Shown piece after piece: positions 9,636 through 18,018 of a stretch of 64,000 nucleotides of DNA. The notes beneath the pieces were generated by a model that saw only the letters and a list, made by a program, of their open reading frames with translations, did not search any database and was not told the DNA's origin. The DNA lies in the NCBI GenBank assembly GCA_963692865.2, contig OY843592.1:1152001-1216000 (forward strand), in the 5' to 3' direction. The DNA is from a bacterium. Its GTDB lineage: Bacteria; UBA8248. The stretch's first letter is position 1. Each line of letters begins with the position of its first letter. A program made the position numbers and the translations under genes.

Positions 9636-9749
9636 GGGGGTTGGGTCCTCAGTGGTTCCTCGGTTTTCAAGACAACCGCTCTATGCTAGCACCCGCGCCG
9701 GGGGTTTGTCGATTTTTTCCGGTTCTCGTTTTTCACGCCCATGCGGTTA

Positions 9750-10056
9750 GGGGTTGTTGAAAAAGTTCCTCGATGCGGGAAAACCACCGTCATTCCGGCG
9801 AAAGCCGGAATCCATTTTATGATTTTTGCTTTCGTTTTCGCATTTGATTCCGACTCGCGGGTGGGCGCGCCGCGCACGAATCCGGAACGGATGAGGTGGA
9901 TATATATGGGGGCGTCCGTATCTTCCCCGGCCGGGAGCGAGGACGTCCGGACAAAAGGCCAAAGACAAAGGTGAAAATGAATCCCGGCTGAAGGCCGGAA
10001 TGACGAGCAAAGGCGAAGGTCAATACCAAGCAAAGCGAGGGTTTTTCAACACCCCC
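9750..10056. mobile_element. MITE-like element with GGGGTTGTTGAAAAA termini carrying GTCATTCCGGC-type palindromes
   Basis: Inverted termini at 9750 and 10042-10056; flanks GGTTA/GGATA (4/5 match); its left ~65 bp recur inverted at ~16596-16660. Confidence 0.7.
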
Positions 10057-10327
10057 GGATATGTCGTGTTCGTGGCGGGGGAGGGAGGTGGGGTGCAGGA
10101 TTGCTCCACCAGGACGGTGTGTTGCTCCGTCGGCATAGCAAGAAGCCGCGACCGTATTTTCTCATCAAAATTCAGGGGAATGCTATATTAAAGGCGCATC
10201 GTCTCTAAAAGACCAATTCTTTTGGGCTCAAGACTCCAAATTAAGCCGATGCCGCAATTTGGCGGTTATAAGCTGCGCGAATCGCTTTTTCGAGTTCTTT
10301 CTCGAGACGTTCCATGGAGCCGAAAAT

Positions 10328-11320
10328 CTAAAAAAGCGCGCCTTGCGCGTTCGCAGCGGCGGCGATTGCCGTATCCGGGCCGATGTCGGGCAGGTCGCTC
10401 TCGAAAGGGTGTCCGTTTTGCCATCCGGTCTGCCCCGTGGAGCGAAATCGTTCAAGACGCCGAATCGTAATTTCCGCATAGACCGGGTCGACGTCCATGG
10501 TGAAACACTTTCGGTCGAGAATTTCACTCGCGAGCAGGGTTGTTCCCGAGTGCGCGAAAAAATCGACCACCAGATCATCGGGCGATGAACTGGCCCGAAC
10601 AATTCTGTCGATACATTTGATGGGCTTTTGGGCGTAACACCCGGAGACGTTCTCCTGCATCCGATAAAATATCTGTTGAATATCGACCCAGACGTTACCC
10701 GCCCTGATTGTATCGGACCGGCTTCTCTCCAGGTTTTCCGTTCTCTTGCCGTTCACTTTCTTGTAATATCCGCGCAGGATTTTGGGAATGTCCGTATATT
10801 CTGCATCGACCCAAAAATCAGGGTTTCCTTTCGTGTAATAGAGCAACTCCTGCCGAACCGCCATCCAGTTCTTTTGCGTGCCGTATCCCCGTTGGTTTCT
10901 CATCGTGATCATGCTTCTTGAGCGAAAAGGTTGTTCTCGCATCATGAGCGCGAAATCGGGCAATGGTTGGAAACCGTTGTTCTGGTCGGCTCCGAGCCAG
11001 ACGTAAAGCGATGAATCCGGGGCCATGGAATAATGTGAGTGAGACACCCATTTTCGGCACCATTCGATGAATTCCGTTACTTCCTTTTGCTCGAACGCGG
11101 CGAGATTGTAAGGCGGATCATGAATCGCCAGTTTCGCCCGCTCTCCGTCCATGATGCTCCGGGTGTCTTCGCCGCTGGAGGCGTCGAGACACCCGACTCG
11201 ATGGCCTCGCGCGTCGTCGATCCATATCTCTCCCGGCCGAAGGCGGCAATACGGCAGTAACTTGTTTCGCAGTTCAGGCGATGCGTCCAGTCTCGGGAGA
11301 GGGTTGTTTTTCATGGTCAC
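10328..11320 (-). CDS. Site-specific DNA methyltransferase (N6-A/N4-C, beta class), orphan
   Basis: DPPY catalytic motif precedes QKP and DFFAHSGTT SAM-binding motif. Confidence 0.9.
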   Translation of the reverse strand: MTMKNNPLPRLDASPELRNKLLPYCRLRPGEIWIDDARGHRVGCLDASSGEDTRSIMDGERAKLAIHDPPYNLAAFEQKEVTEFIEWCRKWVSHSHYSMAPDSSLYVWLGADQNNGFQPLPDFALMMREQPFRSRSMITMRNQRGYGTQKNWMAVRQELLYYTKGNPDFWVDAEYTDIPKILRGYYKKVNGKRTENLERSRSDTIRAGNVWVDIQQIFYRMQENVSGCYAQKPIKCIDRIVRASSSPDDLVVDFFAHSGTTLLASEILDRKCFTMDVDPVYAEITIRRLERFRSTGQTGWQNGHPFESDLPDIGPDTAIAAAANAQGALF

Positions 11321-11499
11321 GCCTTCAAATCCTTGTGCTGAAGCCTTCGTCCGGCCATTGTATAAGCCGAGGCCTGCATCTGTTCTTTGGCGTCCGTCGG
11401 GCGGAGATTGCGGTCGGTTCGAACACGCCGACCCCGGCTCTGCTTGCTTTCGCTTTTATTATGCTGATGAGGGTTGGTTTGTCAAGCCCCCGCCTCGCC

Positions 11500-12597
11500 T
11501 CACGAAGCGGCGGACTCCCCCTCCGAGTCGGCGTAGAGCCGGAAGTAGGCGAGGGCGGCGTAGGCCTTGGCCTCGACGGCGTCGCCCGTGAGCGACAGCT
11601 TGAAGTGGTTGATTCCCTTGTAGAGGATGGACATGCCCTTTTCCTCGAAAAGCCGCTCGACTCCCGGAAAGGCGCGCAGGCCGTCGCCCTTCTCCGGCAG
11701 GCACCATCCCATCTCTTCGAGGTAGTCCACGACGGGTCGCCAGGCGTTGCGCCCCGAGGTCAGCCAGTAGTCGAGGTTCGAGGGTTTCCTCGGCCTGTAC
11801 ATCTCGAGGCCCAGGCGCGGCCCCGGGCCGTTCGCGCCCACGTCCAGCGCCAGCCGGAAGACCGGCGTCACGTCGCGCATCTCCTCGAGAACGTCCATCG
11901 CCTTGTCGATGGAGCCGTTCCACTTGAGCCGCTTCAGGAACGCCGGGACGTTGCGCAGTTTCACCCCGTCCACGATGAGGCGGATGAGGCGCGGCTCGCG
12001 CTCCGGCACGGCGCCGATCTGATCCACCACGCCGGTGCGGGGCAGGGCGGCGCACACGCGCTCCACGGCGCGTCGCTCCTCCTCGTTCTCCTCCCAGCCC
12101 GCGGCGCTCGCCATGGCGGCGGCCAGGCGGTCGGGGGTTCGCAGGCCCGCGGCGTCTTCGGCCAGTTCGGATTGAGGCCGCAGCGCCAGGAACACGCCCG
12201 GAGACGGGCGGGCGTCCGGGGGAACCTCCGCGATGTCGTATTCGAGCATCGACGCCCTGAACCAGCCGGCGAGGGAGGGTTCGGAGGCGCAGCCCGCGTC
12301 GTTCATGCGGGCGTAGGCCCGGCCGAGGGCCGCCGCCGCGGAATCCGGCTCCGCGGCCTCGCCCAGGCGGACGTAATACTCCATGGAGGGACGCCCCGGC
12401 GCGACCGAGACGAAATAATCGGCGGCGGGCGCGGGTTCTCCCAGCCGGAACTCGAAAGCCGCGTAATTCAGGGTCAGCCAACTCGGGAGTTCGCCGACGC
12501 GCTCCAGCAGGCGGTCCCACCACGGGCCGTCGAGCAGGGAGGGTGGAACGAAGCGGCGCAACCTGGGAAAGACATCCCCAAAATTCTCAGACATCAT
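11500..12597 (-). CDS. Putative RiPP maturase, ABBA-type prenyltransferase-like (function inferred)
   Basis: Directly downstream of the NHLP precursor; motifs FEFRLG..ADY, LEYD, LALDV...PRLGLE, NHFKLSL....EAKAY; start taken at MMSENF (ORF open to 12774). Confidence 0.55.
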   Translation of the reverse strand: MMSENFGDVFPRLRRFVPPSLLDGPWWDRLLERVGELPSWLTLNYAAFEFRLGEPAPAADYFVSVAPGRPSMEYYVRLGEAAEPDSAAAALGRAYARMNDAGCASEPSLAGWFRASMLEYDIAEVPPDARPSPGVFLALRPQSELAEDAAGLRTPDRLAAAMASAAGWEENEEERRAVERVCAALPRTGVVDQIGAVPEREPRLIRLIVDGVKLRNVPAFLKRLKWNGSIDKAMDVLEEMRDVTPVFRLALDVGANGPGPRLGLEMYRPRKPSNLDYWLTSGRNAWRPVVDYLEEMGWCLPEKGDGLRAFPGVERLFEEKGMSILYKGINHFKLSLTGDAVEAKAYAALAYFRLYADSEGESAAS

Positions 12598-12793
12598 CGA
12601 ACCCTGTTTGCGATTGGGCGCATATGCCGGGACGAACGCGGCGGCGAGCGGCGCTCTGCTCCCCGGCCCCCTGTAGCGAAGCGGGCCGCGGAGGCGTTCG
12701 AACACGCGATACATCCCCCTCGAACCAACCCCTTCCCGGGGTTTTCCGCAGATAGAGCCCCGCCAGACTGTCATGCTCTTTTGATATAACGTA

Positions 12794-13081
12794 TCAGATG
12801 TTTTGGTTCAAGTTGTTCCAGGCGTTGACGAAGTCCAAAGGCGCCTGCGTTCCGGCCACGATGTCGTTCAAATCGGACTCGCTCAACTCGGCCGGGGGCA
12901 ATACGAGGTTGATGCTCATGACGTTGTCCGTGTGCACGCCGATCTTGAACCCCTCGGGAATGGTGATCCCCAGTTCCCGCTCGATGGTGGTCTTGGGGTT
13001 GGTCAGCAATTCGGTGCGGAACGCCGGGTTCTCGCTCGCCTTTTTGATGATCTCCTCGCGCATTTCCTGTACGGTTTTCAC
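12794..13081 (-). CDS. NHLP (nitrile hydratase-like leader) RiPP precursor peptide
   Basis: IIKKASENPAFRTELLTNPK..IERELG..IP...I.VH......LVLP..ELSESDLNDIVAG leader, then 18-aa core TQAPLDFVNAWNNLNQNI; GTG start at 13081 inferred. Confidence 0.88.
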   Translation of the reverse strand: MKTVQEMREEIIKKASENPAFRTELLTNPKTTIERELGITIPEGFKIGVHTDNVMSINLVLPPAELSESDLNDIVAGTQAPLDFVNAWNNLNQNI

Positions 13082-13487
13082 TGCCTCGGGTTCTCCGGGT
13101 GATATGTAGGGCCCGCCGAAAAGCGGGCAACGCTCCCCTGCTCGCCCCGGCCGCCGGCGCAACGGGCGCCGCCTCCGGGAGGGATTGGCTGCTTCGTCAT
13201 CCCTCCGCTCGGGCGAGAGAAGAGGACATGCTCAAAAAGTATATGCGCCGTGATTGCCGCGTCAACAAAATTATGGCCTTTCGCCGAACGAAAGTGCGAA
13301 AAATTCGATTTTTCGCACCAAACGCCCCGACCCCTGGAATTCCTGCGAACCGCCGGCGTCCTTCGCGCGCGCTTTTTTTCTTGAGGGGCCGGGAGTAGTG
13401 TGAGAAACTTGCCCTTTCGCCTCGGGGGACTCGAGTGCTCGTTCCCGTTTCACGAAAAGCCCGCTTAACGGCCAGGGAGGATGCGAC

Positions 13488-15260
13488 ATGATGGACAGGG
13501 GTTCCCGGCGGCACGCGAGCGCCGACGTACGCTACGAAGCCGACGAAAAACCGCCGCCCCTGCTCGCGTTCGGCCTCGGCCTGCAACTCGCCGTCCTCTG
13601 CGTGAGCGGCATCGTGTTCACACCCTTGATCGTGGTTCGGGCCGCCGGTGGAACTGAGGATTATCTCTCGTGGGCCGTGTTCGCCGCTTTGGCGATCTGC
13701 GGCGCGACCACGATGCTCCAGGCGGTCCGGATCGGCCGCTTCGGCGCGGGCTACGTGCTCATCATGGGCACGTCGGGCGCCTTCATCGCGGTCTGCATCG
13801 CGGCGCTCGCAAAGGGAGGGCCGGGGATGCTCGCCACGCTGGTCCTCGCCTCCTCGCTTTTCCAGTTCGCGCTCTCCGAACGCCTCTCGCTGTTCAGGCG
13901 GGTGCTGACGCCGACCGTCGCAGGCACCGTCATCATGCTGATAGCGGTGACGGTGATGCCCATCGTCTTCAAGATGCTCGGGGACGTGCCGAAGGGCGCT
14001 CCCCCGCTCGCCGCCCCGCTGAGCGCCGTGACGGCGGTGGTCGTCATCGTCGGCATCGCGCTCAAGGCGACGGGGGCGCTGCGCCTGTGGGCGCCCGTCG
14101 TCGGCGTGGTCGCGGGTTCGCTCGTAGGCCTCTATTACGGCATCTACGACACGGCCCGCGTCGCCGGGGCTTCGTGGATAGGCCTTCCCCACGGCGCGTG
14201 GCCGGGCCTGGATTTGAGCTTCGGGCCCGTTTTCTGGACGCTTTTGCCGGGGTTCATTTTCGTGACCCTGATCGGCGCCATCGAAACCGTGGGCGACGGC
14301 GCCGCCATCCAGCGCGTGTCCTGGCGGCGGCCCCGGGCGGTGGATTTCAAGGCGGTGCAGGGCGCGGTGGCCGCCGACGGGGTGGGCAACCTGCTCTCGG
14401 GCCTTCTGGCGACGGTGCCGAACACGACCTATTCGACGAGCGTGTCCGTCACCGAACTCACCGGCGTCGGCGCGCGCAGCGTCGGCGTCGCCGCCGGGTC
14501 GGCGTTCCTCGCCCTGGCGTTTCTCCCCAAGCTGGTCGCCGTGGTGCTGGCGATACCGGCCCCGGTCGCCTCGGCCTACATCACCGTGCTGCTGGCGATG
14601 CTCTTCGTTGTCGGCATGCGGATGGTCGTCCAGGACGGAATCGACTACCGCAAGGGGCTGGTGGCGGGCGTCGGTTTCTGGGCGGGCGTCGGCTTTCAGA
14701 ACGGCGTCATATATCCCGAGTACTTCTCCACGTTCGCGGGCGGCCTCTTGAGCAACGGCATGACGGCCGGCGGTCTCGTCGCCATGATCATGACGCTGTT
14801 CGTCGAACTCACCGAACCGCGCCGCAGACGGCTCGAGGCGGCGTTCGACCTATCGGCCCTGCCGAAGATCCGGGAGTTTCTCGGCGAGTTCGCCTCCGCC
14901 GCCGGCTGGGACGAGGTGATGGCGCATCGCCTCGACGCCGCGGGCGAGGAGACGCTGCTGACGCTTCTGCGCCGCGATGAAGACGGCGAGGACGACGAAC
15001 GGCGGCGGCTGCTCGTGGTGGCGCACAAGGAAGACGGCGGCGCGGTGATCGAGTTCGTCGCCGCCGGCGGCGAGGAGAACCTCCAGGACCGGCTCACGCT
15101 GCTCGGCGAACAAACCGCCGGCGCGCCGATCGAGCGGGAAGTATCGCTCCGGCTGCTGCGCCACCTCGCCACCTCGGTCCGCCACCAGCAGTACCGCGAC
15201 ACGGATATCGTGACCGTCCGCGTGGATGTCTCGGGCGCGCCGCGCGGCGAGGGGAGTTGA
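13488..15260 (+). CDS. NCS2 (xanthine/uracil permease) family transporter fused to C-terminal degenerate RsbW-like domain
   Basis: LGLQ, MGTSGAF, IETVGD, ADGVGN..SG....PNTTYS NCS2 signatures; hydrophilic ~145-aa tail aligns by eye with the RsbW at 19235. Confidence 0.85.
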   Translation: MMDRGSRRHASADVRYEADEKPPPLLAFGLGLQLAVLCVSGIVFTPLIVVRAAGGTEDYLSWAVFAALAICGATTMLQAVRIGRFGAGYVLIMGTSGAFIAVCIAALAKGGPGMLATLVLASSLFQFALSERLSLFRRVLTPTVAGTVIMLIAVTVMPIVFKMLGDVPKGAPPLAAPLSAVTAVVVIVGIALKATGALRLWAPVVGVVAGSLVGLYYGIYDTARVAGASWIGLPHGAWPGLDLSFGPVFWTLLPGFIFVTLIGAIETVGDGAAIQRVSWRRPRAVDFKAVQGAVAADGVGNLLSGLLATVPNTTYSTSVSVTELTGVGARSVGVAAGSAFLALAFLPKLVAVVLAIPAPVASAYITVLLAMLFVVGMRMVVQDGIDYRKGLVAGVGFWAGVGFQNGVIYPEYFSTFAGGLLSNGMTAGGLVAMIMTLFVELTEPRRRRLEAAFDLSALPKIREFLGEFASAAGWDEVMAHRLDAAGEETLLTLLRRDEDGEDDERRRLLVVAHKEDGGAVIEFVAAGGEENLQDRLTLLGEQTAGAPIEREVSLRLLRHLATSVRHQQYRDTDIVTVRVDVSGAPRGEGS

Positions 15261-15339
15261 GGAGTCCGGGCGCGCTCAAGGGGTGGCTCCTGCTTCTCGC
15301 CGTTCGCGTCAAACCCGCGTTCATCAGCGTTTTTTCCAT

Positions 15340-16660
15340 AACCCCGCATACAGGGCTGTTGAAAACCCCCTGATTTCGTGATTCGGCGTATGCGGCCGAC
15401 CGGGGGATGATTCCCGATTGACAAGGGGTCCCCCGTAGGGGCCGTATACCATGCGACCCGCTTTCCGACCGGGAAGGGCCGCATACGGGGTTGTTGAAAA
15501 ACCTCCAGGAAGCGATTTTGGGTTGCGCGCTCGCTTTTGAAGTTCACTCCCCCCTTGAGGGGGTTGTTGAAAAAGCCTTCCCCACCTCATCCTGAGTAGC
15601 GGCGAAGCCGCGTATCGAAGGATGCCCGCTCGCCCTTCGATACGCCGCCTCCGGCGGCTACTCAGGGTGAGGAAAAAGGCGTCGGCGGTTTGCAGGCAAG
15701 GGTTTTTCAAAAGCCCCTTGAGGGGGAGTCGGTGAGGTGAGGGGGTTTTTCCCCGAAACCGAACCGGTGGGGGGAGCTTTTTCAGTGGCATGTCTCCCCA
15801 CCGATTCAGCCTTCGCACAAACCGCTCGGCTTCATCGTCGGGCTTTCCCCTCGGGAAGCCCGACCCTCAAGGGGCTGTTGAAAAAGCCGGAGAGAGACAA
15901 TTTGTTTGTAGGTGACAACCCCTCCTCGGGGTTGTCCCACACATATCATGCGACCCTGATTTTCGCCCTCCACAAGGCGGGCCGCATGATATGTCAGACA
16001 TATATGTCTGACCTACAAGAACCTTTCCTCCCCGGTCGCGTAAAACACTCGTTCATCAGGACTTTTTCAACAACCCCGTATGCGGCCCCTACACCAGGCT
16101 TACGACCAGAACGACGTGCGGGGTGAGGACGTGAAAGAGACGAAAAGGCGAAGTCAAAATGGATTCCGTCGAACACTCCCGCCCCGGTCGCGTCCGACGC
16201 CGGAACGACGGATAAAACCGCGTTAGCCGTAGGGACAGGCCTCCGCGCCTGTCCTGATGAAACGCAACAACGCGGATGGATATCCCGAATACGGGCGGCC
16301 ACGGAGGGCCGCCCCTACGAACCCCCCGACCCCCCTTGTCGAGGGGGCTTTTTCGACAGTTCCTTGCGGGCCGGTCGGGATTCCCCCGCAGTGGGCCGTT
16401 TTCATAAACGGCCCACGTTCGCGAACGTGGGTTGTTCCCAAGAACGACCCACTACAAAACCATCGTCCCCTTTTGCCTGTGCTCGTCATTCCGGCGGAAG
16501 CCGGAATCCATTTGCGGGTGCGGGTGAATGAAAGGCGGCGTTTCATTCCCCGCCGATGCGCGGGAACCCCGACGAAAGGCAAAAGGCGTAAAAACGGATT
16601 CCGGCTTTCGCCGGAGTGACGGTGGTTTTCCCGCGTCGAGGAGACTTTTTCAACAGCCCC
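15340..16660. repeat. Cluster of nested MITE-like elements and REP-like palindromes
   Basis: Left termini at 15352, 15487, 15560, 15871; right termini ending 15717, 16077, 16660; GTAGGGG-type, CTCAGGGTGA-type and GTCATTCCGGC-type hairpins. Confidence 0.85.
15560..15717. mobile_element. 158-bp MITE-like element with TTGAG target-site duplication
   Basis: TTGAG at 15555-15559 and 15718-15722; removal restores hairpin CACTCCCCCCTTGAGGGGGAGTC, seen intact (inverted) at ~34349-34372. Confidence 0.85.
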
Positions 16661-16717
16661 GGGAAAGGAGCATTCGTATCGAAGGGCGGGGGAGGCCGCT
16701 CATCCATCCATGAAACC

Positions 16718-17398
16718 CTATCTGCTCCTCCTCGGGTGGTGGTCGATGCCGCGAAAGGCGTCGATGAAGGCGGTGATGCGCTCCTCGTCGAACGCCTCCA
16801 GCGTGTCTATCTTGCCCCAGGCGGTGAGGGCGATCCTGTGCTTCATGGCGGGGTAGGGGGCGAGGACGACGAACTTCGGGTAGCGGCGCACGACGGATTC
16901 GAGTTTCTTCACGAGTTCGGGGCAATCGGAGCAGCCGTATTGGACGAGCACGCCGCCGTCTTCGAGGTTGTGCACCTGAAATCCCCTGTCGATCGGCCTC
17001 CGGTGCACGCCCCAGGGGACGATGGTCGGGTAGTGGGGCCCCGAGGTGGGGGGATCCGTGTTGTAGGAGACGGCGCCGCTCGTGCCGGCGCGGATGTGGC
17101 GGTTGCCGAGCGAGGGCACGTCGCGCGCCTTGTGCGCGGACGCGCCCGTCAGATAGTAGACGCCGAGGAGGACCACGGCGATGACGCCCGCCCACACGAG
17201 CGGGGCCGTGCGGATTTTCCCGGAGCCCGCGGCCTTCGACGGACTCGGTGCGGCGCGCCCGGCGGAGCGGGGACGTTTCTTTTTCCCCTTGGATTTTCGG
17301 GACAAGGCGGCGCCTTTCTCTTTGGAGCGGCGGTCGGCGGCTTCTGCGCGCCCGGGGGGCCGCCGCGACAGGATACGCAAAGGCGGGCGCCCGGACAA
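16718..17398 (-). CDS. DUF3105-like membrane-anchored protein
   Basis: YNTDPPTSGPHY, VHNLEDGGVLVQYGCSDC, IALTAWG; basic N-terminus plus one TM helix; real start may be TTG 17305. Confidence 0.8.
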   Translation of the reverse strand: MSGRPPLRILSRRPPGRAEAADRRSKEKGAALSRKSKGKKKRPRSAGRAAPSPSKAAGSGKIRTAPLVWAGVIAVVLLGVYYLTGASAHKARDVPSLGNRHIRAGTSGAVSYNTDPPTSGPHYPTIVPWGVHRRPIDRGFQVHNLEDGGVLVQYGCSDCPELVKKLESVVRRYPKFVVLAPYPAMKHRIALTAWGKIDTLEAFDEERITAFIDAFRGIDHHPRRSR

Positions 17399-17568
17399 GC
17401 GGGAGGCGGATGAAATTTTTGCAATCCGCTTTCATGCGCCGCGGGACCGGCCATGCGCCCGGCTTGCGGAATACGGGCGAAATGAGTTGCGCGGGGGGTG
17501 AGTCTTTTATACATTGAGCAGGGATTTGCCGTTGCCCGAGCGGGCGCGGCGCGAGCGACGAGGAGACG

Positions 17569-18018
17569 GTGAAGAACATGGATACCTGTCGGATACTCGT
17601 GGTGGACGACGAACCCGATCTCGAAGATCTCGTGAACCAGCGCATGCGGCGCGATATCCGCAGCGGCCGCTATTCGTTCGTCTTCGCCCGCAACGGGGTG
17701 GAGGCGCTCGAACGCCTGAACGGGGACGATGAAATCGACATCGTCCTCACGGACATCAACATGCCGGAGATGGACGGCCTCACGCTGCTCGATCAAATCC
17801 CGGCGTACAACCCGAAGCTGCGCTGCGTGATCGTCTCCGCCTACGGGGACATGAAGAACATCCGCACGGCGATGAACCGGGGCGCGTTCGATTTCCTCAA
17901 CAAGCCGATTGATTTCGATGACTTGCGGCAGACCATCGAGAGGTCCGTGAAGCATCTCGCGACGATGCGGGAGGCCTTCGAGGCGCGCGACAGAATGCTG
18001 GCCGAAGGGAGAGGATGA
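17569..18018 (+). CDS. Single-domain response regulator (REC)
   Basis: ILVVDDE, LTDINMPEMDG, VSAYGD, GAFDFLNKP. Confidence 0.92.
   Translation: MKNMDTCRILVVDDEPDLEDLVNQRMRRDIRSGRYSFVFARNGVEALERLNGDDEIDIVLTDINMPEMDGLTLLDQIPAYNPKLRCVIVSAYGDMKNIRTAMNRGAFDFLNKPIDFDDLRQTIERSVKHLATMREAFEARDRMLAEGRG

Noticed and set aside
15340-16660. Possible CRISPR array or small ORFs in the repeat clusters (also 33750-34810)
   Set aside because: Repeats are heterogeneous, nested and irregularly spaced, with no constant repeat-spacer period and no cas genes; the ORFs are translations of palindromes
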